A stretch of 64,000 nucleotides of DNA, taken from assembly GCA_964016885.1 (NCBI GenBank), contig OZ024752.1, positions 31,682,001 through 31,746,000 on the forward strand, given 5' to 3'. The DNA comes from Eledone cirrhosa. Lineage: Eukaryota. How positions within the stretch are numbered: position 1 is the first letter of the stretch; each line of letters starts with the position of its first letter. The notes under the pieces are model-generated. The model was not told the origin of the DNA. It saw only the letters and a program-made list of their open reading frames with translations, and made no database searches. Both the position numbers and the translations under genes were made by a program. Of the stretch, positions 25,932 to 38,972 are shown in pieces.

Positions 25932-26525
25932 AGTGGCTGCCAACTCGTTTTCGAGTACAGCCACTACTTTATATCCATGTAGGAGAACCCCTACCGATGC
26001 GCTGAACGAGTGTGACTTTTTAGTCCAGCCAGCGACTTGAAAACTCTGGTACAAACACTACACTTGTGACAATTACTGACACATAGTGCTGGGCCCATGG
26101 TACCATCTGACGACAAGTGTAGAGAGATCTCCAGATATAAAGCAATGCCTGTGCCGTGAAACTTTTATAGTGAGCAAAGGCACAGCACAAAGCCAGTCCC
26201 ACTCTCTTAACCAAGATGATATTTACCAAAAAGAAGAACAAGTCAACATCATTGGATACCATCAGAGTTGCAGGTGTTATATCAGAGTTTTCCTTCTCCT
26301 AGAATTCTGCCTTGACAAAGGCTAAGGGGTCATCTCTCCCGGTGATTTTGGATGGCCATTGACTCTTAAGAGCTCCTTTGCCCTTTGACAGGTTTTGTTT
26401 TTAGTCCTACAGGATGTCCAAAGTCACCCGCCTCACCAAGAAACCTTGGTGGGGTTGCCAGTTTAGTCGCCAACGACCCGACCATAGGACAGGTTGTACT
26501 GGGATACATGTTACCAGTAGCACCA
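25932..26525 (-). mobile_element. ~595-bp bipartite RTE-derived non-autonomous element with (TATG)n tail
   Basis: Minus strand carries an RTE 5'UTR-like ctaggagaaggaaaactctga joined to a terminal C2H2 finger CSVCTRVFKSLAGLKSHTRSAHR*, a short 3'UTR and a (TATG)n tail. No RT. Confidence 0.72.
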
Positions 26526-26580
26526 ACATACATATATACATACATACATACATACATACATACATACATACATACATACA

Positions 26581-26609
<29 letters not shown>

Positions 26610-26611
<2 letters not shown>

Positions 26612-27309
26612 TCGTAAAAAAGATAGCCCCGATAATAAACACATTAAAAGCTACAACAATGTGGAAGACATCCATGTACATAATATGAAAGAGTACTGGT
26701 GGAATGTTCCAGTAAAAACCCCAATAAAATGCAGGCATAACAGACCAGATATTATGATATGGGACAGGGAGAAGAAAACATGCACAGTAGTGGAAATTAG
26801 CTGCCCAGCCGGTGCCAATATAATATCAAATATTAGTGAAAAGGAGAATATTTATGCAGAACTGATGAGAAATCTGCAGATACTCCACGCTGATTACACC
26901 TTCAGATTTATGCCTGTGATTATTGGGGCACTGGGGTATGTTAGTAACTGCCTCAATACAAATCTTGAGAAGCTAGGTTTCACTGGAACAGAAAGGACAC
27001 AACTAGTTAGGAAATTACAAGTTCAATCCATTAATGGAACAGTAAAAATATGTAAAACATTGCAAATATTTTGCATCTAATAACTGCATATACACATGTA
27101 CAGATACAAAGCATATTACACATGCACACATACAACTCAAAACATCCACATCCACACATACAGTAACATCCATATCTACACATGCATGCATACATACATA
27201 TCTACCTAGTTGATGTTGTGTAAATTCCAATGTGAGAGTCTTGTGTCTATGTTAGAAACCGACTCTCTCTCTATTGGTAAAACTTTGTGAAATTATAAAA
27301 CCAGAAGAA
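26610..27309 (+). mobile_element. 5'-truncated R4/Dong-type retrotransposon (restriction-like endonuclease end + 3'UTR)
   Basis: EYWWNVPVKT...HNRPDIMIWD...VVEISCP...KENIY...PVIIGALG...KICKT is a PD-(D/E)xK RLE. Stop at 27080. (CATA)n on both sides. Confidence 0.88.
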
Positions 27310-27407
27310 CATACATACATACATACATACATACATACATACATACATACATACATACATACATACATACATACATACATACATACATACATACATACAT
27401 ACATACA

Positions 27408-27810
27408 TGGTGGCTTCCAACTAGTTTTCGAGTACGGCCACTACTTTATATCCATGTAGGAGAACCCCTACCGATGCGCTGAACGAGTGTGACTTTTTAG
27501 TCCAGCCAGCGACTTGAAAACTCTGGTACAAACACTACACTTGTGACAATTATTGACACATAGTGCTGGACCCATGGTACCATGTGACGACAAGTGCAGA
27601 GAGATCTCCAGATATAAAGCAATGCCTGTGCCGTGAAGCTTTTATAGTGAGCAAGGCACTGCACTTAGCCAGTCCCACTCTCTTAACCAAGATGATGTTT
27701 ACCAAAAAGAAGAACAAGTCAACATCATTGGATACCATCAGGGTTGCAGGTGTTATATCAGAGTTTTCCTTCTCCTAGAATTCTGCCTTGACAAAGGCTA
27801 AGGGGTCATC
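27408..27810 (-). mobile_element. 5'-truncated copy of the bipartite RTE element
   Basis: Close match to 25932-26335, flanked by (CATA)n. Confidence 0.85.
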
Positions 27811-27838
27811 CATACATACATACATACATACATACATA

Positions 27839-30800
27839 CTCGATTCAAACGATTCAAAAACAACGTTTAAAACACAGTTGTAGAATTAAAAACTAACTGA
27901 AAAGAAATATTACCCAAGCTGTGAATAACTTTAAATTTGATTTTGACAGAACTTTGTCGAAACTTTTAAAGAAGATCATCGACTATTTTGAAAAATAAAT
28001 ACGAAATATTAGTGAATAGACGAACTCATCATGGCAAAAAGTACAAGTCTCCTTCCACCAAATCGCAACTACAACCGTTGTATACAGTGGAGCTTAACAA
28101 AGAATTATATGAAGCATACAAACAATCTGAACCCCAAAAGTTCGGTTTTATGCAAAGGCTAAAAGCTTTATGGAACTCCAAACACCCAGAATTAGACTTT
28201 TCTCCAAAGAATTTAAATGAACAGGCAAAACGTATCATTAGATGTAAATTGATACATCTAACGGAATTGAGTGATACTACAAATACAGCCCTTGTAGACA
28301 ACCACCCCACCTCCACTGACAGACAAAGAGAATGGCCAGCTAAATCTAACAGTGAACAGCTCACCAACAATTTTGCTGAAATCCATCCCACTTCCACTGA
28401 AGAACAACGAGAAAGGTCAGATAACTCTAGTAGTAATTGTCACCACATCAACAACGAGGCTGAAATTCATGACTCTACTGAACAAACAGAACACCAAGAA
28501 CTTGTGGACACCTTACAAGTGATATGGGACGATATATTTCAAGAGATACACAGCCTTAATGTGAGTGACAGACCATACAACACCAGAATCAGTAAAGAAC
28601 CCACTAAATTGGAATTGGAAGCGGTGAACGAAATAGCTGGCAATTAACTGAAGGCTATACGATCTAAAGGTGTAGAAACGACATTTGAAACGCTTAATAT
28701 TTTGTTATATGTTTCAGCTGTCACATTGCTATCATACAACACACATCTAAAACCACACAATCAAGATACAAACAGAAAGCTTGAACCAGCGTGGATGCGA
28801 AATTTAAAAAGCAAAATTTTGTCCCTGAGACGAAGTATCTCACACATCACAGTCGTTATGAAATGCAACATAGAGAGCAACTTCACACGACACCAGGAAG
28901 ACCTAAAAAAAAGTTAGAGAGACGATTTGGAGATACAAAATTTAAAACTTTGAACTCCAAATTACACCAGTTGAAACAACTCACAGCTACAACAGAAAAA
29001 GTAAAATATAAGTCAACAGCACATAAACGACAAGTGCTAAATAGATTGTTTGCCAGAGATCCTAAATCAGTTTATCGCAGCTTCGGTGGCAAAAGCTCAA
29101 TCCCTGTAAATGACACCCCTTCAAAAGAACAGGTTGATAGCTACTGGAGATCTGTATGGGAAACGGATGACGGATTCAACAGACAACTAATTGGCTAAAA
29201 CAGACAAAACAATATGACATAGATGGGTCAATAGTGGAAACAGCTCTAAGAAAATGTCGAATAGGAAATCGCCAGGCCCAGACCTCATTACAGGATACTG
29301 GTTGAAGAATTTCACTTTCTATCGGCAAGATCTCATACGGCTGTTTACAGAAACCATTAAAGGCACACAAGAACTGCCCAGATGGTTATCAACTGCCACT
29401 ACTCTCCTCATTCCCCAAAATAGCCAAACCACCCTTGCTAAAAATTACCGCCCAATAGCCTGCCAAAACATCATGTATAAATTATATACTGGGTGCCTTA
29501 ACCTGTTCTTACAGGATCACTGTGCTACCAACAACATCATAACACCTGAGCAAGCTGGTGGAAAGAGGAAGGTGTGGGGTTGCATAGATCACCTACTAAC
29601 TAACAAAATGATTCAGGAAAAAACAACAAAGAATCGCAGAAACATGACTGTGGTGTGGCTGGACTATCAAAAAGCATTTGATAGTGTACCTCATGGGTGG
29701 ATTATTAAGGCTTTACAGTTAGCCAAAGTCCCACAACCATTGGTAGCTGCTGTTGAACGCCTGACCAAGAACTGGTACACCAATTTGATCCTTAGCGGTG
29801 AGAAGGAGCAAGTTAAGACTGATAAAATACATTACCAGAAGGGCATCTTTCAGGGTGATAGCTTGTCAGTACTACTCTTCGTTCTCTCACTGAATCCACT
29901 ATCTTACCTACTCAGGAAACAAGGTGGACAAAGAAGTGGGTCCAGAAGTATCTCCCATCTTTTCTTTGTTGATGACCTGAAGTTGTATGGGCCAAATATC
30001 AATGACATCAAGAAACAATTGGACCTCATTACACAATTTTCAACCGACATCAAAATGAAATTTGGTGAGTCCAAGTGTGCATATTTGGCAGTAAAACTGG
30101 GAAGAGCTGTGCCCTCCTCTAGAAATCTAGAGATGAACAGCCTGACAATACAACCTCTACAGTCAGGTGACAACTACAGATATCTTGGACAGGATGAGAA
30201 TGTCAGATATGATGGACCCATAAATAAGGAGAGAACCAGAACTGAATACCTCAGAAGAGAAAAGAAAATATGGTCATCAGAACTGTCAGCGTACAACAAA
30301 TACATTGCCCACAATACTTATGCTGTGCCAGTTCTAACGCCAACATTTGGCCTGCTGAACTGGTCATTGCAAGAACTAAGTGAGATGGATGTTAGAACTC
30401 GCAAACTTCTCAGCGTTGCTGGGAACTTTAACATCAAGGGTGATGTGGATAGGCTATACTTCTCACGCAAGGAAGGTGGCCGGGGTCTAAAATCAATATT
30501 AACAATATATGAGACCCGGATAGTAACACTGAAGCAACACCTTCAACAGAGGAAAAAGGTTGGCAACCATCTTGCCCAGGTTTATGAGCATGAAAAAAAA
30601 ATATCATTAGAAGAGCGACTGATCTGGAGGAGAGATATGGAATAAAGCCTGATATAAATCTCTCACCCAGAGAAATCGGAAGATCCTATTCAATGTTCAA
30701 ACAAGATAAAAAAATTGACCAATTTACAGAAAAAGTTGTGCATGGATACTTGAGACGTAAAGCACAGACCATAGAGGGGATAAACCACTCAAAAAGCCTG

Positions 30801-31575
30801 GCATGGAGTTCCGACAAGTTTATGACATCACACCTTGAGGGATATCTCTATGCAATACAGGAACAAGACCTCCCTACCAAATATCTGCTGCACAAAAGAG
30901 GAGGGCCAGCAGCTGACAATAAATGTAGGCTATGTAAAACAAAGATCGAGGATGTAAGCCACATTGTTGCCAGCTGCGAAAGAATGTCATCTCGCTACTA
31001 CCTCCCCATGAGACACGATGGGATAGCTAGAACCATCTGGAACGCACTTCGGAAAACAAAATTAACAACAAACCAGGAAGAATATATTGAGACAAATGGC
31101 ACTAAGGAATACTGGTGGAACCTGAAAATAAAAACTGCCACCAAATTAAAGCACAACCGGCCTGATATTGTTGTTTGGGACCACACATTGAAAACGTGTT
31201 CTGTTGTGGAGATCAGTTGCCCACATGATGTAAACGTTGTCAGAAAAATACAGGAGAAGGACATCTACGGACCATTGATGAGGAGTTTACAAATCTAGTA
31301 TCCAAGATACACCTTTAGCTTCATACCCATCATTATTGGAGCTACGGGTTATATACCAACCCGCTTGGACCAAAGTATGACTGAACTTGGATTTGCGGAC
31401 AAAAAGCGCAGCTCCCTAATTCATAGTCTACAAATGGCTGCGATAGCTGGCACCTTCAAAATTTGCAAAACATTCTTGCGATTCAAGGGATGACAATTTC
31501 TTTTCTTTTACAACCTTGCCACCAGGAAGGTGGCCGGTCAAAAAAATATACTCGAAATTAAGAGAAAGAGATAAC
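27839..31575 (+). mobile_element. Near full-length, inactivated R4/Dong-clade non-LTR retrotransposon (RT + CCHC + RLE)
   Basis: One ancestral ORF now broken by stops and frameshifts. It has an N-terminal helical domain (YTVELNKELYEAY...RLKALW), RT motifs KSPGPD, NYRPI, WLDYQKAFDSVPH, GIFQGDSLS and HLFFVDD, then GGRGL, CRLC...HIVASC, RHD and RPDIVV...VEISCP. Final stop at 31491-31493. CATA repeats at both junctions. Confidence 0.93.
29254..30645 (+). pseudogene. Reverse transcriptase domain fragment of the R4/Dong element
   Basis: 463-aa open frame with all RT motifs. Frameshift at the poly-A near 30592. Confidence 0.92.
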
Positions 31576-31701
31576 ATACATATATACATACATATATATA
31601 TGTATATAGTTCAATAATACACAATACAAACACAGCGATACAAAAATAATATATATATACATATTTGTTCTGCGCATGAACATAAATTATATATAAATAA
31701 T

Positions 31702-31758
<57 letters not shown>

Positions 31759-31838
31759 TATGTGTTCTGCGCATGAACATTAATAATATATAATATATAT
31801 ATATATACACACATACTATATATATAAAACGAAGAAAA

Positions 31839-31893
31839 GTCCAGAATTAGCCGTCGAAACGGCTTGAGCTCAGCCGTCGGGGTCCTATTCGTT

Positions 31894-31897
<4 letters not shown>
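31839..31897 (+). mobile_element. Family X short arm
   Basis: agtccagaattagccgtcgaaacggc...gttcctatat. Confidence 0.75.
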
Positions 31898-31932
<35 letters not shown>

Positions 31933-32185
31933 ATATTTTGGAGGGTCATACTGCCAATAATAGGGTTGATTAACATGGTTAGCCATGTTCACTGAACATT
32001 GAGGTAACTCAATTGACATTTTTCATACGAAAGTTTCTGTGGATTAAATAATAAATATTAATAAACAATAATAGTAAGCGTATTGCAGGTTTATTCAATA
32101 ACAGACAGTGTACTCTGTAAGATCGTACAAGTGAAATAACAACTCCTTCACAGAAACAGCTTCAAGCAATCTATATGAAGAACGC

Positions 32186-32995
<810 letters not shown>

Positions 32996-33036
32996 ATGGT
33001 ACGGTTGTCCTCCTGTTCCTATAACCATGCACATCT

Positions 33037-33079
33037 CGAGCTGAAGATCCGCTAAGCTAAGGTGAAACAATTGTTCTCG
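33037..33079 (+). ncRNA. Minimal hammerhead ribozyme motif in a ~185-bp (TA)n-flanked insert (32996-33180)
   Basis: cgag-CTGAAGA-tccgctaagctaaggt-GAAA-caattg-TT-ctcg. Stem II is weak. Confidence 0.72.
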
Positions 33080-33204
33080 GTATTGTGAACTAACTGTTGT
33101 GTAACCACTTCTACCTAACTCGTCCCTTGGACTGAGTGCTCTACCAATACGGATATTACCTTCCAGTGTTCCACCACTAATATATATATATATATATATA
33201 TATT

Positions 33205-33764
33205 ATGTAGATAAATCTACCAAGAGTTTACGGTAGTGTCCAATCCGTATGAAGAACTCAATGTAGTCCGGATATCATGGAAAGAAGAGATGCAATGAAA
33301 AATCACTTTCGGTGAAAGATAAACGGAATACAGAGTCAAGATAAAATATTAAAAAAATAATAATGAATAAAACAATGAAACAGTTCCTTATATTAAACAA
33401 AAAAGTTCATTATTTAACGATCGTTTCTAGGATATATATGTGTTAGAATTGGCATGCATATTCAACAGATCTATGTACAAAATTATACAAAATTATACAA
33501 ACTATCAAGATTAAATATACATACGAAACACACATATATGCCGTCTTCAGAAATAATCATTATTTCTGAAGACGGCATATATGTGTGTTTGGTATGTATA
33601 TTTAATCTTGATAGTTTGTATAATTTTGTATAATTTTGTACATAGATCTGTTGAATATGCATGCCAATTCTAACACATATATATCCTAGAAACGATCGTT
33701 AAATAATGAACTTTTTTTGTTTAATATAAGGAACTGTTTCATTGTTTTATTCATTATTTTTTTA

Positions 33765-33775
<11 letters not shown>
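33205..33775. mobile_element. Fold-back element with two back-to-back long-stem-II hammerheads (33408-33557 minus; 33558-33708 plus)
   Basis: Near-perfect palindrome 33342-33772 centred at ~33558. Plus arm reads cattattt-CTGAAGA-(116 nt hairpin)-GAAA-cgatcg-TT-aaataatg. Confidence 0.85.
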
Positions 33776-33815
<40 letters not shown>

Positions 33816-35689
33816 GTATGTATATATCTACTATGAATAAAGTAATTGAATTGAATTATATTAATATTTTCTTGTTTAACCTTCTTCCAGGCGAGTATTA
33901 AAATAATCTGTTTAAAATAATTATATTTTCATATACGGCAATACACGATTGAATTAATGTTTTGCATGTTTGTTTCAATAGATTAGTCGCGAGATTCGGA
34001 TTTGGATGTGACAAAAACTAACCCCAAAATACAAACATACATGAAGTGATTTCTCTTTCAGAGAGTAATTTTAGTCAGCTTTCCTGTCACTCCTCGAAAG
34101 TGCAATATTTGCTGAAAGAAATAAGACACTGATAAGTGTGTCTCTCCCTGTTGCAATACATCTTTATTGAAGAGCACAGGTTTATGTTTGTGTGTATACG
34201 GTTTTACGATGTTTTAGTTGGTAAAGATATTGACGAAGAGACAGTCAACAGCCATTTTTAATAGCTCTATCTGTTTCGTCATCGATCCGCCAAAGTAGTT
34301 AGTTCTCGTAGAAACAGACACAAATATTTGGAGATATTTAGAAGCTAGAAATATTAAACTGTTATTGATCATGGTGTTCCTTAGAGTATTACTAACAGAA
34401 TAAATTTACAATGAACGCCGCTCCTGTTAGTATTTTACTTCATAAGGTAATTACTTCTACCCTAAGAAAACAAATAGAATTCTGCACATACCTCGTGATT
34501 TTATTTCCGTTAAATTATAAGAAGCTCTATAAAGTTAAGGCACTTTAAGTAAGTGCATATGGATGTATACTTATACTGCTTTTAATGTATATAAAATATA
34601 TATACTTACGACTGATGCAGTGTTGTGTAATGTCTGAAAAGTAACTGGAAATCCCAATTTAGAAGACGTGCTGTCAGTAAATATTGATTTTTCCTTCTTG
34701 TTTCTTTATTAAACACCTCATCCGTTAATGTTCCATTTATAATAAAAATCGATCGAAACAAGCAAGATGATTTCTATTTAAATTTAAGGAGTGCTTTATG
34801 GACGTTAATTTGGAAGAAGCAATAGAGAGCTCCACTAAATACTATCTGATATGTAGTTTATTTCTTCTGCTGTTCTGAGTTCAAAATGTCAACGAGACTA
34901 TATTAACGTTTCTGTTTTCAGAACGTTGAAAAATATTTCCGAAAAGAAAGAAAAGAAATTCTGCTACAATGGATCGGTTTTCTCTGGTTATACCAAAGTT
35001 TGAATGATGCCTAATCAAACGAATTCATCAAACATGTATACATACATAGTCCCGTAACTCCTGATTGAGTTAAAGGGGCGCCGTATAAACAAACGGAATT
35101 TCTAAAGCATTTTAAAACCTGGCAGGGCCCATATCCTCTTCAGGTTTGGATACCGCATATATCTTCCAGAGATATATTTATTAAGTTATATTTACTCGCA
35201 GTGGAACTGACGTGTATTTTATATGTTAAAATAAGAAGTAGGAGATAAACATGCCGAGAAACAAACAGGCTAGTTGGTATACTATTAAATACACTGACTT
35301 CAAGCAATGATTCGAGATGCATGCAACGTTTGCCTTAAAAATGTGAGGGGGACAAACCAACATTTGTTGATTCTTAGAGGAACATAAATTGCTTATGGTG
35401 TCTTTCCCTATCTTATGGACCCTATCTTTCCCTATCTTATGGACCCTATCACATAAGTAATATTTTACGCTAATTAAATTTTATATATTCAAATGAAGTT
35501 CAGATATAAAAAAAAAAAGGGTTATAAAGAATTTATTATAACAAATAAACAAAAATTAAAACATAGACGTTTGAAAATGTGAGGGAGGGAGGGGTGGGGG
35601 GGGGGGGGGGGTGTCCCCTGGTACCCCTCTGAAACAAGGCCCTTGCATGCATGTATTGTCATGTAACTCCTGGGGGTGTCATAGGGGTG

Positions 35690-35992
35690 CCGTATTGACA
35701 CACTGCGTTTCTAGGGCATTAAAATAAAACTGGCAGAGCCTGTCTCCTCTGCAGGTCTGAATGCAGCAGATTTCTTCTAGAGGGAGAGATAAAGAGAGTG
35801 AGAGAATTGACGCAAAGAAGATTTATAGAGGAAAAATCGACCCCAGTGCTAGACTGGTGCATTTTTATCAACCTCGAATGGATGAAAAGCAAAGTTGACC
35901 TCGGTAGGATTTGAACTCAGAGAGGAGAAAGCTGAAACGAATACCACAAAGCATTCTATCCGACGTTCTAACGACTCTGCCAATTCACCATC
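35690..35992 (-). mobile_element. SINE family B, full-length
   Basis: Reverse complement of ggtgaattggcagagtcgttag...gagttcaaatcc...gcttttcatccattcgagg, with a CT-rich tail. Confidence 0.78.
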
Positions 35993-36034
35993 TCAGTTTA
36001 TTCAATATATCTCGCATTAAATTGGTTTCGTATT

Positions 36035-36508
36035 GAGTTACGGCCCTTGCCATTCTGAGTTCAAATCCCGCCGAGGTTAACTTTGCCTTTCATCCTTACG
36101 GGGTCGATAAAATAAAGTCCCAGTAATGCACTGGGTAATTGCTGACCTTGTGTCAAAAGTAGAAACAATTATTATTACCTCACCGAGGTTAACTTTGCCT
36201 TTCATCCTTACGGTGTCGATAAAATAAAGTACCAGTAATGCACTGGGTAATTGCTGACCTTGTGTCAAAAGTAGAAACAATTATTATTACCTCACCGAGG
36301 TTAACTTTGCCTTTCATCCTTACGGTGTCGATAAAATAAAGTACCAGTAATGCACTGGGTAATTGCTGACCTTGTGTCAAAAGTAGAAACAATTATTATT
36401 ACCCCACCGAGGTTAACTTTGCCTTTCATCCTTACGGGGTCGATAAAATAAAGTACCAGTAATGCACTGGGGTAATTGCTGGCCTTGTGCCAAAAGTAGA
36501 AACAATTA
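36035..36508 (+). repeat. Family A SINE with its 3' half amplified as a 112-bp tandem repeat (4 units)
   Basis: ccgaggttaactttgcc recurs at 36071, 36183, 36295 and 36407. Confidence 0.92.
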
Positions 36509-36820
36509 AATTGGTTTTGTATTGGTATTTCAATATTTATAAGACGATGTGAATTTAATGTTGAAAACAGAAAACAAGAAATGTCGCCAGATAATAGTAA
36601 AACACTATCTGATATTTCAGCGTCCCTTAGCTCGCCACTTAGTACTGACTTTCTTCTAGAATCATCAGATATCCCAGGAAATGGTTTTAGGCAATTCATT
36701 ATAATTCATATCAAACTGAAGGATATCATACGTACGCATATACACACACACACTCATACAGTCACGCACACGCAGATTTTATACACTATATTATGTATGT
36801 GTGTGTGTATATATATATAT

Positions 36821-37229
36821 GGTGGCTGCCAACTCGTTTTCGAGTACGGCCACTACTTTATATCCATGTAGGAGAACGCCTACCGATGCGCTGAACGAGT
36901 GTGACTTTTTAGTCCAGCCAGCGACTTGAAAACTCTGGTACAAACACTACACTTGTGACAATTATTGACACATAGTGCTGGGCCCATGGTACCATGTGAC
37001 GACAAGTGCAGAGAGATCTCCAGATATAAAGCAATGCCTGTGCCGTGAAGCTTTTATAGTGAGCAAAAGCACTGCACAAAGCCAGTCCCACTCTCTTAAC
37101 CAAGATGATATTTACCAAAAAGAAGAACAAGTCAATATCATTGGATACCATCAGGGTTGCAGGTGTTATATCAGAGTTTTCCTTCTCCTAGAATTCTGCC
37201 TTGACAAAGGCTAAGGGGTCATCTCTCCA
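36821..37229 (-). mobile_element. 5'-truncated copy of the bipartite RTE element
   Basis: Close match to 25932-26340. Confidence 0.85.
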
Positions 37230-37357
37230 GTATGTATGTGTGTATATATATATATACACACATACATACAGAGAAAGAGAGAGAGAAAGAGAGAGACAAA
37301 GAGAGAGAGATACATACATACATACACATACACATGTAAAATCTGCGTGTGCGTGAC

Positions 37358-37405
<48 letters not shown>

Positions 37406-37424
37406 TGTGGGTGTATAAATCTTG

Positions 37425-37648
37425 CAGGAATGCCGTACAGTTGCGCAACATTCCACTGGACTCCGCCTGGCGGTAAAACAGAGGCGGGGTTGCCCAAGGA
37501 TCACCTGGCGACGAACGTTCCCGAAGGACTTGATGGCAGCCAACATCACCTGGCATGGTCTCGAAAAAGTTGCCGCTGATCGTGACCGTTGGCGAGAACT
37601 TACTGCTCGATGCGCCGAACGGCGCGGAAGAATCTAAGATAAGATATA
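37425..37648 (+). mobile_element. RTE-clade 3' end (second family) with (TAAGA)n tail
   Basis: HWTPPGGK then a frameshift to RRGCPRITWRRTF.KDL...TW...A.DRDRWR.L...CAERRGRI*. Confidence 0.8.
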
Positions 37649-37660
37649 TATAAATATATA

Positions 37661-37853
37661 TAGGAACGAGTAGGACCCCGACGGCTGAGCTCAAGCCGTT
37701 TCGACGGCTAATTCTGCGTCCAGAATTAGCCATCGAAACGGCTTGAGCTCAGCCGTCGGGGTCCTACTCGTTCCTATTACCCACTCTACTACCCTAAGTA
37801 TTGAGTACTTTGATGCGTTGTGGTCCATCTGGTTCCGTATCACATTTCCTTCG
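37661..37853. mobile_element. Family X fold-back insertion
   Basis: Palindrome centred at ~37717 (attctgcgtccagaat). Confidence 0.8.
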
Positions 37854-37854
37854 T

Positions 37855-38065
37855 TTGGCCGAGTGGTTAGATAACTGGATTCGCAATCGTGAGGTTGTGA
37901 GTTCGATTCCTGGGCCGGGCGATGCGTTATGTCCTTGAGCAAGACACTTTATTTCACGTTGCTCCTTCTACCTGGAGTTGCGACCGTTGGATAGTATTAG
38001 CAATTGGAAAGATCAATGGAAACACTGTTTCCTCGGTCCGATTTGACGAAAGTCGATCGTTAGGA
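37855..38065 (+). mobile_element. SINE family D
   Basis: tggccgagtggttag box A, gttcgattcc box B, tgtccttgagcaagacactt CORE-like segment. Confidence 0.85.
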
Positions 38066-38089
38066 AAATATATATATATATATATATAT

Positions 38090-38644
38090 ATGTAGATAAA
38101 TCTACCAAGAGTTTACGGTAGTGTCCAATCCGTATGAAGAACTCAATGTATTCCGGATATCATGGAAAGAAGAGATGTAATGAAAAATCACTTTCGGTGA
38201 AAGATAAACGGTATACAGAGTCAAGATAAAATATTAAACAAATAATGAATAAACAATGAAACAGTTCCTTATATTAAACAAAAAAAGTTCATTATTTAAC
38301 GATCGTTTCTAGGATATATATGTGTTAGAATTGGCATGCATATTCAACAGATCTATGTACAAAATTATACAAAATTATACAAACTATCAAAATTAAATAT
38401 ACATACCAAACACATATATACGCCGTCTTCAGAAATAATGATTATTTCTGAAGACGGCGTATATATGTGTTGGTATGTATATTTAATCTTGATAGTTTGT
38501 ATAATTTTGTATAATTTTGTACATAGATCTGTTGAATATGCATGCCAATTCTAACACATATATATCCTAGAAACGATCGTTAAATAATGAACTTTTTTTG
38601 TTTAATATAAGGAACTGTTTCATTGTTTATTCATTATTTGTTTA

Positions 38645-38652
<8 letters not shown>
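38090..38652. mobile_element. Second copy of the double-hammerhead fold-back element (HHRs 38290-38439 minus; 38441-38588 plus)
   Basis: Same architecture and breakpoints as 33205-33775. Confidence 0.85.
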
Positions 38653-38686
<34 letters not shown>

Positions 38687-38724
38687 TGTAAGTATACATA
38701 TACAAATGTAAACGCATATATATG

Positions 38725-38760
<36 letters not shown>

Positions 38761-38972
38761 ATACGTAGAAAGAAAGAGTGTTAGAGAGGAAAGAGAGAAG
38801 AGGGGGAAGAGAGAGATAACTGTAGCCAACATTCATAATGAGGTGCGATAGAGATATCGTTAAAAAAATATCGATTTCCATAGCATTTGTGTTGATAACA
38901 ATTAAAATAAAGTCATCTAAACTGTAGCGGGAATATTGATGATCGTCTCAAGTCTTACATTTTTATGAGAAA

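Noticed and set aside
36581-36700. Protein-like stretch KPFPGISDDSRRKSVLSGELRDAE (minus) or MSPDNSKT (plus)
   Set aside because: No recognisable domain or convincing splice sites.
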